In this document: piece after piece, positions 8,264-17,645 of the stretch
Numbering within the stretch: the stretch's first letter is position 1
Layout of the letters: every line of letters starts with the position of its first letter
Source of the DNA: Candidatus Nitrosopumilus koreensis AR1
GTDB lineage: Archaea > Thermoproteota > Nitrososphaeria > Nitrososphaerales > Nitrosopumilaceae
NCBI RefSeq assembly: GCF_000299365.1
Contig: NC_018655.1
Coordinates: 60,001 to 92,000 of the forward strand
Length of the DNA stretch: 32,000 nucleotides
Direction: 5' to 3'
Notes under the pieces: model-generated
Database searches by the model: none
Told to the model about the DNA's origin: nothing
What the model saw: the letters and a program-made list of their open reading frames with translations, nothing else
Made by a program: the position numbers and the translations under genes

Positions 8264-9031
8264 TTACACCTTCTTTGAATCTTTTAATAAATATTCGAAA
8301 TATTGACGTGCAAATCCTGCTAATCCTGCATGATCTGCCCAAATTGCAACTACCTCTGAAGAATTTTCAGCAGCAACTGCTGGACCCAATAATATTACGA
8401 CATATTTTTTATCTGAAATGATGCCTCCTCCAAACAAACCTTTCTTGATTTTTACAGTTGCAACTCTTTTGATTGCTTTGATGTACTCTTTATCCATCTT
8501 ATCTGATGTGAGTATTGTAATTTCCACTCCCTTGTCATGAAGTGATCTTAATTTTGGCAATGCTTGTTTTACTAATTCTTCTCCTGCTTCAGGTAACGCA
8601 ATCATTACTTCATTTCTGCATGTTTCAACCATCTCTAGAATCTTTGCTGCAATGTTTATTGCGCCTGATAATACCCAGATGTCTGGCTTTTCACTAGTTC
8701 CACTTTTTTCATACAATGGAACTAGCTCATTTAGAATGACACTTTGATTCTGCGAAAAATCATTTTCCATTTTTTGCTTTGTAGTTTCTAGTCCTGTTGA
8801 CGGTGATTTTGCAAAATATTTTGTTGGTCTAGAATCATCTGTCCCAATCCATCCTTTCTCCTCTAGAGTACCTAGAACTTCATAAATTTTTGAATATGGC
8901 ACTCCTGATTTTTGACTAAGCTCTGATGCTGTCAGTTCTCCTGATTTTAGCAATGCAGAAAATGTTCTGATCTCATAACTTGTTAGACCTATTTTTTCTA
9001 AAGCCTTTCTTGTCTTATCAGATATGCTCAT
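8264..9031 (-). CDS. TrmB-family transcriptional regulator
   Basis: N-terminal TrmB wHTH (LTSYEIRTFSALLKSGELTASELSQKSGVPYSKIYEVLGTLEEKGWI) plus a C-terminal effector-like domain. Confidence 0.85.
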   Translation of the reverse strand: MSISDKTRKALEKIGLTSYEIRTFSALLKSGELTASELSQKSGVPYSKIYEVLGTLEEKGWIGTDDSRPTKYFAKSPSTGLETTKQKMENDFSQNQSVILNELVPLYEKSGTSEKPDIWVLSGAINIAAKILEMVETCRNEVMIALPEAGEELVKQALPKLRSLHDKGVEITILTSDKMDKEYIKAIKRVATVKIKKGLFGGGIISDKKYVVILLGPAVAAENSSEVVAIWADHAGLAGFARQYFEYLLKDSKKV

Positions 9032-9146
9032 GCGATCTAGTCGTTCAGTTTTGATATTTAAATCACGTATGCCTACTTCCTAAATTCCACCCGAGGCCAA
9101 GTATGAAATGCATTATATACCATTTCAGAAAAATGCCTATAGAAGC
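9032..9146. promoter_or_regulatory. divergent promoter region between the TrmB-like gene and the radical SAM (tes-like) gene
   Basis: ttatata at 9113-9119 lies about 31 nt upstream of the ATG at 9147. tttaaatat (minus strand, 9054-9062) lies about 27 nt upstream of the ATG at 9031. This spacing fits archaeal TATA boxes of leaderless mRNAs. Confidence 0.4.
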
Positions 9147-10810
9147 ATGGCACTGATTCAGATATCTAATCAATCTACAAAAAATTTAGGAAAAAATCTA
9201 CTATTAGATTCACTCAAAGCATTTGTCCAGATTGTAACATGATTTTAGATGCTGAAGTATTTGAGCGAGATAATAAGGTCTTCATGTCTAAAGTATGTCC
9301 AACTCACGGTGAATGTGAGGAACTGTACTTTGGTTCTTACGAATTATACAAGAAATTTAGTACTTATTGGATGGATGGTAAAGGCGCACATTCTCCAAAT
9401 GTAATGATTGACAAATGTTCTTGTCCAAATAACTGTGGATTGTGTTCAAACCATTTGTCTCATAGTGGATTGGCAAACATGATTGTAACTAACAGATGTG
9501 ACTTGACATGTTGGTATTGTTTCTTTTATGTCAAGAAAGGTCTAGAAGGTGCTTACATGTATGAACCAGATCATACTCAAATCAGAGGAATGATGAAGAC
9601 TCTGAGAGCAGAAAGACCAATTCCTGGAAACTCTATGCAAATTACCGGTGGTGAACCAATGCTTAGAGATGATATTGCTGATGTTATCAAAATTATGAAA
9701 GAAGAAGGTGTTGATCATATTCAGATGAACACCAATGGAATTAGACACGCAATGGATCCTGAAGCTGCACGCGAAGTAAGACTTGCTGGATGTAACAACT
9801 TGTATCTCTCATTTGACGGTGTAACTGCAAGAACAAACCCAAAGAATCACTGGGAAATTCCATATGCACTTGATAGTTGCAGAAAGACTGGAACCACTGT
9901 AGTATTTGTTCCAACTGTAATCAAATCAATTAATGATCATGAGTTAGGCGGAATTATCAGATATGCTCAAAAGAACATGGATGTAGTTCATGCTGTAAAC
10001 TTCCAACCAGTATCACTAACTGGTAGAATGGGTAAAACTGAACGTGAAAAATACCGAATTACTGTTCCTGATTGTATCCAAAGAATTGAAGAGCAAACAA
10101 ATGGTGAGGTAACCATTGATGACTGGTTCCCAGTACCAAGTTGTATGCCATTAACAAACGTGATTGAAGCGTTCTCAAGCAAACCAAAATACGAATTATC
10201 AATTCACTTTGCTTGTGGTGCTGGAACATACATCTTTGAAGATGAAGAAACAAAGAAGTTTGTCCCATTAACAAAATTTTGTGACATCCAAGGAATGTTA
10301 GAATTATTTGAAGATAAGGCAGAGGAAATTCGTTCTGGTAAAAACAAATACTTTACAATGCTTGAAGTTGTAAGAAAACTCAAAGGATTTGTTGATTCAA
10401 AGAAACAGCCAGCAGGATTAGACTTGGCAAAGATGTTTGGAAATATACTCATGAAGAGATCATTTGATTCAGTTGGTTCTTGGCACGTCAAAGGACTATT
10501 CCTTGGTATGATGCACTTCCAAGACAAATACAACGAGGACCTAGAAAGACTGCAAAGATGTGATATTCACTATGTTACTCCTGACCTTAGAATAGTTCCA
10601 TTCTGTGCATTTAATGTAATTCCAGAATGGTATAGAGACAGAATTCAGAAAAAGTATTCTATTACTGTTGAAGAGTGGGAAGAAAGAGAAGGCGTCAAAC
10701 TCGAAGATGGTCTGTACCGTGGCCTTATGAGGCGTGGCGCAGGTGACGAACTTGCTGCTGGCTGTGCAAAGAGCCAGATGTTCCATGATGCAGCGCAAGC
10801 AACAATGTAA
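9147..10810 (+). CDS. tes: radical SAM enzyme of the tetraether lipid synthase (Tes / GDGT-MAS) type; the N-terminal 31 codons are in another frame as sequenced
   Basis: The 523-aa ORF (9239-10810) has CPNNCGLC and the radical SAM cluster motif NRCDLTCWYCF. The same frame stays open upstream to 9170 and encodes ..TQSICPDCN with no ATG, GTG or TTG. An ATG at 9147 in the adjacent frame (MALIQISNQSTKNLGK) joins it if one A is added to A6 at 9179-9184 or 9191-9196. Confidence 0.7.
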
Positions 10811-10864
10811 AATCAATAAATCTATTTTTAATTAATAACATTTTTCAACTCAGTAAAACATTTT

Positions 10865-11302
10865 TTGATTGTGACTCTATCTGAATCTCAAACAATTGCT
10901 TTGCTTGAAGTTTTACGTATCTTACGACACAATGAAAGTAGGTTTGCTAGGAAAAAAATTTATGAATCATATCTTGATAGAAAATTTGAAAATTTAGAAT
11001 CTTTAGATCTTGAAACTATACATTATGTAGAAAAATTAAATGGTGATTTTGATGAAATAGGTTTTCTTGTTGAAGAATTTCAAATTAAAGAACAACTATT
11101 TCCCTTATACTCAGACACTATTAGAAGGATTTGGATTATTTTAGAAAACTATCTACAAAAAGAACAAAATAAAAGAAGCAAAAAAGATCCTGCAAGCAAA
11201 CAATTTAGTTATTATTTTACCAACCTTGCTCAAGAGGCAAAAAAATATCGAGATAAAAATAATCTGCCAGAACCTGGAATAACTGATCTTAGAAATACAT
11301 AA
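10865..11302 (+). CDS. hypothetical protein at the edge of the glycan island
   Basis: 145-aa ORF with a TTG start (a GTG two codons later is also possible). No recognisable motif. Confidence 0.45.
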   Translation: MIVTLSESQTIALLEVLRILRHNESRFARKKIYESYLDRKFENLESLDLETIHYVEKLNGDFDEIGFLVEEFQIKEQLFPLYSDTIRRIWIILENYLQKEQNKRSKKDPASKQFSYYFTNLAQEAKKYRDKNNLPEPGITDLRNT

Positions 11303-11373
11303 TGAAATACTCTTTCTAGACTCATTCCTTAACAAATATAGACCTTTAATAGAAACAATAATTTTTAATTTTT

Positions 11374-12390
11374 ATGCGAATTCTAATGATCTCTCCTACG
11401 AGTTCAGGTATAGGAGGAATTGCTCAACATGTTCAAGGACTAAAAAAATTCTTAGAAGATAAGGGTAATGAGGTTGATATCATCTCATCTGAAAATACTT
11501 TTACAATTCCTATCAAAAGATTAAAAAATCCTAGCTTTATGGTTTCTTCTTTTATTAAAAGTAAATTTAAAAAAAACTATGATATTGTTCATGCCCAAAA
11601 TCCTATGTCTGCTTTGGCCATGAAAAATGTAAATGGAAAAAAAATACTTTCTTTACAAGGAGATTTTTCAAAACAAATCTCATTACTTCATGGTGAAACT
11701 GCAGGAGGAATATCTAAAAAATTAGAGAAAAATGCATTAAAATGGGCTGATGTAATAACAGTTCCTTCACAAGAAATGTATGATGAATACACAAAAGAAG
11801 GATACAAAGTCACTGTTGTCCCAAATGCAATTGACATCTCATCATTTCCAAATGATGAAGACAGACGTTATCAAAAACAAATAATCTATGCAGGTAGATT
11901 ATCCAAAGAAAAAGGAATTTTAGACTTGTTGGAAATTTCAGAAAAATTGTCAAAAGACATTCATCTACTTGTAGCTGGTTCGGGACCTGAAGAGAATGGG
12001 GTTAGAGAAATAACAAAAAAATTTTCTAATATTCATTTTTTAGGATATCAGCCTAAAGAAAATATGATCAAATTGATTCGTGGTTCAGATATTCTCATAC
12101 AACCTTCAATTATGGAGGGCGGTACAAGTTCTACCTTGCTAGAAGCTATGGCTTGTAAAACTCCAATAATTGCTACATCTGTTGGTGGTAACAAAGAGAC
12201 AATACTTCATATGAAGACTGCATATGTTATTGCACCAAATCATCCTGAAGAGATCTATGATGCAATCAATGATTTATTTGCCAATCCTGAAAAACAAAAA
12301 ATTCTGTCAGAAAATGCTTTTAAAATCGTAACCAATTACGACTGGGAACATGTTGGGCAAAAATACTTGGATGTCTATAACTCTGCCTAG
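11374..12390 (+). CDS. glycosyltransferase family 4 (GT-B fold)
   Basis: 338 aa with the C-terminal GT1/GT4 signature EGGTSSTLLEAMACKTPIIATSVGG. Confidence 0.85.
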   Translation: MRILMISPTSSGIGGIAQHVQGLKKFLEDKGNEVDIISSENTFTIPIKRLKNPSFMVSSFIKSKFKKNYDIVHAQNPMSALAMKNVNGKKILSLQGDFSKQISLLHGETAGGISKKLEKNALKWADVITVPSQEMYDEYTKEGYKVTVVPNAIDISSFPNDEDRRYQKQIIYAGRLSKEKGILDLLEISEKLSKDIHLLVAGSGPEENGVREITKKFSNIHFLGYQPKENMIKLIRGSDILIQPSIMEGGTSSTLLEAMACKTPIIATSVGGNKETILHMKTAYVIAPNHPEEIYDAINDLFANPEKQKILSENAFKIVTNYDWEHVGQKYLDVYNSA

Positions 12391-12433
12391 TTTTTTGATT
12401 CATATCTTTTTATATTAAATTTGGAATTAAAAG

Positions 12434-13774
12434 ATGAAAACAATGAAAGTAAGTCTAGTCAGAGCCCGATACCCAAGTGTTTGGGAACCAACAAATTTAA
12501 TGTATGTTTCATCTTTCATTAAAGACAGATACCAAGGTAATCTCGAGGTACAAATTCTAGATGGCTTTTTTGACTCTGATGAACAAATTCTAAATCAAAT
12601 TTCATGTTCTGACTATGTAGGCTTTAGTGGAACAACACCGCAGGTTCCACACATTAAAAAATTAAGTAAACTTGTAAAGAAGGAATATCCCTCTATGAAA
12701 ACAATTGCTGGAGGTTATGGGCCTTCTTTGCAACCTTTCAAATTTCTAAATGATCCTACAATCGACTATCTTGTAGTTGGCGAAGGTGAACAATCAATGC
12801 TGGATATCTTAAATGGAAATGTAAATCAAAAACTTGTCAGCAGTACTCCAATTGCTGATGTTGATTCAATTCCCAATCCTGATAGAGACTCTATAGACTT
12901 GAATCGATATATCTCAATTGCTGAAAAAGATGAGGGACGAAGAGTTACTTCTATTATGACTGAACGCGGATGCGCATTTGGTTGTACCTTTTGTGCAGAG
13001 GGTCAATTTGGGACAATATGGAGAAAAGCGGGTCTTAAAAACGATGATCTTGAATACGAAAGAGCAGTCAGATTACGTGGACGAAGCCCCAAATTAGTTG
13101 TAGAAGAAATGATTGAGGTACGAGATCGATTCAATATCACATTTTTTAAAATGAATGATGCTGAAACAAATCCTTCCCGAGCACATTTTCTAAAACTTTG
13201 TGAGGAAATGATAAAACAAGAAGTAAATGTTCCGTGGGGATGTAACATGAGATGTGATAAAGTAGATGATGAAATGTGTGAGATGGCAGTAAAGGCCCAT
13301 TGTGAAGAGTTCTGGATGGGATTAGAATCCGGCTCCCCGGAAATTCACCGTGATATCAACAAAGGAACTACTGTTGAGATGATCAAAAAAGCATTTGATG
13401 TTTCAAAAAAATATGGAATAAAACGGAGGACTTATGCATTACTAGGGACTCCATTAGAGTCTTATGAAACAATAAAACAAACTGAAGAACTGATTGATTA
13501 TGTTGATCCTGAAATTATTGGATTTTCAATTCTTGCACCATATCCTGGAACAGCATATTGGAAACCTGAATATGATAAACTAGATTGGTCACAAATCGAC
13601 GAATTTTCTAATACCACATGGAGTTCAAGCAACCTCACTAATCAGGAACTACGTACTGAACAAGCCAGACTAATTGAAAAATATTCCGATAAACTTGCAC
13701 CAATAATTAGAAAAAAGCAAAAATTAGGAATGGGCGGGTCCCAAACCCTTGATTCCATTATGGGTGCAATGTAA
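12434..13774 (+). CDS. B12-binding-domain radical SAM protein (class B type)
   Basis: 446 aa. N-terminal cobalamin-binding-like Rossmann region, then ERGCAFGCTFCAEG (CxxxCxxC). Confidence 0.8.
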   Translation: MKTMKVSLVRARYPSVWEPTNLMYVSSFIKDRYQGNLEVQILDGFFDSDEQILNQISCSDYVGFSGTTPQVPHIKKLSKLVKKEYPSMKTIAGGYGPSLQPFKFLNDPTIDYLVVGEGEQSMLDILNGNVNQKLVSSTPIADVDSIPNPDRDSIDLNRYISIAEKDEGRRVTSIMTERGCAFGCTFCAEGQFGTIWRKAGLKNDDLEYERAVRLRGRSPKLVVEEMIEVRDRFNITFFKMNDAETNPSRAHFLKLCEEMIKQEVNVPWGCNMRCDKVDDEMCEMAVKAHCEEFWMGLESGSPEIHRDINKGTTVEMIKKAFDVSKKYGIKRRTYALLGTPLESYETIKQTEELIDYVDPEIIGFSILAPYPGTAYWKPEYDKLDWSQIDEFSNTTWSSSNLTNQELRTEQARLIEKYSDKLAPIIRKKQKLGMGGSQTLDSIMGAM

Positions 13775-13796
13775 GAGAAACTAATGGTAGAAAACT

Positions 13797-14954
13797 ATGA
13801 TTCAAAGATTTGGTAATGAGGAAATAAATGCTGTAAAAAAATCTATAACCAAATCATCGCTCCTTTCAGGTTATACCAATAAATTTTTGGGTGGAGAAAT
13901 TATTCAAAAATTCGAAAAAGAATTTGCTCGGTTTCATAAATGCAAATATGGAATTTCTGTTAATTCAGGAACAAGTGCATTGTTTGTAGCTCAATTAGCT
14001 GCTGGAGTAAAAAATATGAAAAAAGTAAGTGTTCCATCTATAACTTTCACAGCCACTACTTCTCAAGTTGTTGCATGTGGAGGCTCTCCAAATTTTGTTG
14101 ACATTGATCCTGAATCTTATTGCATGGATTTTGATTTTTCAAAAAAATCTCCATTTGCAATACCTGTTCATCTTTTGGGACATCCTTGTAATCTTGAAAT
14201 GATTAAAACCATGAAAGAATATGGTATGTTTGTCATTGAAGATTGTGCACAAGCCATGGGTGCAAAATCTAAAAATAAAATTGTTGGTAGTATGGGTGAT
14301 TGTGGAATTTTTAGTTTTCAAGAAACAAAACATATCACAACTTTAGGAGAAGGGGGAATTATTGTAACAAACAATGAAGAATTTGCTGAAAAATGTAGAA
14401 GTATCAGAAATCATGGAGAGTATTACAAAGATCAAATGTCTGTTGGATTTAACTTAAGACTAACTGATGCACAAGCTGCATTTGGGATTGTTCAACTGAA
14501 ACGATTACCCAATATTTTGAAAAACTTTCGAAAAAATGCAACCCATATCATGAAAAATCTTCCTGAAAATATTCTTCCACCTATAATTTCAAAAAATGTA
14601 GAACATTCATTTCTCATTATTGGATGTCGATATGATTCTACACATGGGATTTCAAGAGAAAAATTTCTTGAAAGACTTACAAAAAACAGGAAAAAATTTC
14701 TTAAGAATGAACAAATCTCTGACATAAAGGGATTAAACTTACGACCAGGAAAAATTATCAGTTCTGGATATAAAACCACTCAATACAACATTCCACTTTA
14801 TCGAAAATACCGACCAAAGAAAATCCATCCAAATTCTGAAAACTTTCTTAAAACCAGTTTGTTTCTTGATATACATAGATGGCGAAGCCAATCTGAAATT
14901 AATGAGGAACTAAAAATTCTTAATAATACATTTTCTGAACTTAAAAAAACATGA
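13797..14954 (+). CDS. DegT/DnrJ/EryC1/StrS-family PLP-dependent sugar aminotransferase
   Basis: 385 aa. Family-typical layout with the active-site Lys context SFQETKHITTLGEGG. Confidence 0.85.
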   Translation: MIQRFGNEEINAVKKSITKSSLLSGYTNKFLGGEIIQKFEKEFARFHKCKYGISVNSGTSALFVAQLAAGVKNMKKVSVPSITFTATTSQVVACGGSPNFVDIDPESYCMDFDFSKKSPFAIPVHLLGHPCNLEMIKTMKEYGMFVIEDCAQAMGAKSKNKIVGSMGDCGIFSFQETKHITTLGEGGIIVTNNEEFAEKCRSIRNHGEYYKDQMSVGFNLRLTDAQAAFGIVQLKRLPNILKNFRKNATHIMKNLPENILPPIISKNVEHSFLIIGCRYDSTHGISREKFLERLTKNRKKFLKNEQISDIKGLNLRPGKIISSGYKTTQYNIPLYRKYRPKKIHPNSENFLKTSLFLDIHRWRSQSEINEELKILNNTFSELKKT

Positions 14955-14992
14955 TTCTTTATGAATGAAATTCATTCACTAGTAAGTGTTTT

Positions 14993-16033
14993 ATGGCAAT
15001 TAAATCCAGAAGTGAGAATATGACATCAATATTAAAAAATAAATCAATTTTGGTTACTGGTGGTACTGGTACTATTGGAAGTGCATTAGTCAAGCAAGCA
15101 ATAATAGAAAATGCCAAAAAAATTATTGTTTTTAGTAATGATGAAAATGGTCTTTTTGAATTAGAAGAACAATTTTCTAATCATAAAAATATTGAATATG
15201 TTATAGGCGATATACGAAATGAAGATATCGTTTCTTCAATCATAAAAAATATTGACATCGTTTTTCATGCTGCTGCACTAAAACATGTTGATAGATGTGA
15301 ATCAAATCCTTTTGAAGCAATTACAGTAAATACGATTGGAACTCGAAATGTCATTAAATACTCCATTATAGAATCTGTCAAAAAAGTTATTTTAATTAGC
15401 ACTGATAAAGCTGTCAATCCAATTGGTGTAATGGGAGCAACAAAACTTTTGGCTGAAAAGCTAATGTCTTCTGAGGGATTTCAACAAAATTCTAAAACAA
15501 TTCTTGCCACTGTAAGATTTGGTAATGTTATAAAATCACGTGGTTCAATTTTGCCAAAGATTGAAAAACAAATTGCAAAAGGTGGACCTATCACATTAAC
15601 CGATCAAAGAATGATGAGATTTTTTATGAGTGAACATGATGCAATTAATCTCATTCTGAGTGCTGCTGATCTTGCAAAAGGAGGAGAAATATTTGTTTCA
15701 AAAATGCCATTACTAAACTTAAAAGAACTATTTGAAACAATGAAAGAAATTCTTGCTCCTAAATTTGGTCACGATCCAAACAAAATCAAAATGAAGACTA
15801 TTGGAATAAGACCTGGCGAGAAATTAATTGAATTTTTGCTAAATAATACAGAAATGGAAAATGCGCTAGAAACAAAAAATTTCTTTATAATCCCTCCTAT
15901 ATCTAAGCCTGAAAGACTCAAAAAATATGTAGGTGCAAAAAAAGCTAAGAACATTCAAAATTATTTTGAAAAACTTCAACCTATTTCAAAAAAAGAAATC
16001 AAAAATCTTCTAAAACAAAGCTATGAATCATAG
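14993..16033 (+). CDS. CapD/PseB/FlaA1-like NDP-sugar (UDP-GlcNAc type) 4,6-dehydratase
   Basis: GGTGTIGS Rossmann motif and STDKAVNPIGVMGATKLLAEK, characteristic of the polysaccharide biosynthesis CapD/PseB group. The ATG at 15020 is an alternative start. Confidence 0.8.
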   Translation: MAIKSRSENMTSILKNKSILVTGGTGTIGSALVKQAIIENAKKIIVFSNDENGLFELEEQFSNHKNIEYVIGDIRNEDIVSSIIKNIDIVFHAAALKHVDRCESNPFEAITVNTIGTRNVIKYSIIESVKKVILISTDKAVNPIGVMGATKLLAEKLMSSEGFQQNSKTILATVRFGNVIKSRGSILPKIEKQIAKGGPITLTDQRMMRFFMSEHDAINLILSAADLAKGGEIFVSKMPLLNLKELFETMKEILAPKFGHDPNKIKMKTIGIRPGEKLIEFLLNNTEMENALETKNFFIIPPISKPERLKKYVGAKKAKNIQNYFEKLQPISKKEIKNLLKQSYES

Positions 16034-17621
16034 ACATTCTCAAAAATATCATAATCTATTCTGAAAATCTTCATATGATATGTAAAACCTTCTTCTTGTG
16101 AATCAAATTCTTTGATTAAATATGGAAATTCATTTTCATTTTCAAAAACATTTTTTAAAAATTGAACCCTATACAAGAAATGTTCTGAATCATCAACTAT
16201 AATGTGAGTTAATCCTGATTCTTTGTTATTTTTGATAAATTCTTCTAGTGATACATTTGTAATTGGAATTAACCCATTACATTTCCTAGGGTCTAGGCAT
16301 TTTGAAATATCATTTGAATCATTAAATTGATTTCGTAATATTGGAAATTCTTCTATTTCAGTTAATCCAACAATTGGAAGATATCCTGATTCTGGAATGT
16401 ATTGATTGATAATCTTAGTTTTTTCTGCAACAATAAATGAAAGTTGGTATGCTTCAAATTCCCGTTGAGACTCTTCATTTTGATATTCAAAAAAACCTAT
16501 GGATGCCAAAACTATACATGATGTAGATAGTATCAAAAGAAGATCTTTTTTTGATACTCGATCATATATTTTTTTGATTGGATATAATGATACAATACAA
16601 AAAATTGGATATAGTAAGAAAAGATATCTTGTGTCAAATGCTTTTACTGAATAACCGTAAAATGCAGGAATTGCAAAAATCACAATTAATGCAGTAATTG
16701 AGATTTTTGTAGGTTCTCTATTCTTCCACATCAAAAAAAAGCCTATAGGTAAAATCAAAACAAAGCTTGGAATTGCTGCCCATCCCAACATTTTTACAAA
16801 ATTTACTATTCCTTCACTAATCCAATTGTAAATTCCTATTGAACTAGAACCTCGTTCAATTTCGTTCTGTGAATTAGATATTTTACTCGTTAAAGAGTCG
16901 TATCCGGTTACTTCTGTACGTAAAACTGACATTGGTGCAACTACTAAAATAAACAGAAATAAACATAATAGATATTTTAAAATTAATTTATTATTTTTTT
17001 ATGATTTAAAAAATACCATGTACTTATTCCAATTAATATAAAAACTCCTTCAACTCTTACAATTGTTGCAATTCCTGCACAAATAAAAGCCAGGAAAATG
17101 AACTCATTCTTTTTACTTAAAATCAAAAAAACACTCAACGCTGCAAATAAAATGTAAAGAGGTTCTGTGACTCCTAACAATGAATTTTCAATAATTCTTG
17201 GCTCAAATGCAAAAATTGCAGCACCTACAAGACTTAATTTATCATTAAAAAATTTTTTACAAATTAAAAAAACTATTGGAATTGTCAGACAAGAAATTAT
17301 TATACTTAAACTTCTTTGTAATATCATATAATCTAAAAAATTTTCAGAATTTGTCATGGAAAAAAATACTGACATAAAAAGTGGCCAGCCATTATTTCCT
17401 ACATTGTATCCTCTTGGTAGTTCTCCTGTTATGCTGACATCATTTGCATACCAAAAATAATCTAATGCATCTTGTGTTAACGGTAACTCAAATGGTGTAT
17501 AAAAAATCCTTATTATCAATCCAGAAACAAATAATCCTATTAAAAGAAATGATGTATTTCTCAAAATTCTAGGTTTTTGATTTTCTGGCCTTCTAGTCTT
17601 ATTGTTGAATTCAGAGTTCAT
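16021..17621 (-). pseudogene. GT-C fold membrane glycosyltransferase (ArnT/PMT-like), split into 16983-17621 and 16021-16932 by a 1-nt deficit in an A7 run
   Basis: The N-terminal ORF has multiple TM helices and a first-loop DALDYF motif. The C-terminal ORF continues with TM helices plus a soluble domain. The downstream frame opens at 16998 and the upstream frame stops at 16983-16985, so the shift must lie in plus-strand T7 16994-17000. One added base gives 533 aa. Confidence 0.7.
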
Positions 17622-17645
17622 AACAAAAAATTCCTAAAAATATTA

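Noticed and set aside
8059-8421. 120-aa plus-strand ORF across the TrmB/DtxR junction
   Set aside because: It is antisense to two well-supported regulator genes.
9542-10816. Several minus-strand ORFs (9542-9748, 9988-10182, 10059-10274, 10204-10533, 10541-10816)
   Set aside because: All are antisense to the 523-aa radical SAM ORF. They have no motifs and look like shadow frames.
14962-14978. 8-bp inverted repeat tgaatgaa-a-ttcattca between the degT-like and pseB-like genes
   Set aside because: The single-nucleotide spacer leaves only a short AT-rich stem. It could be a weak terminator or operator, but it is short enough to arise by chance in AT-rich DNA.
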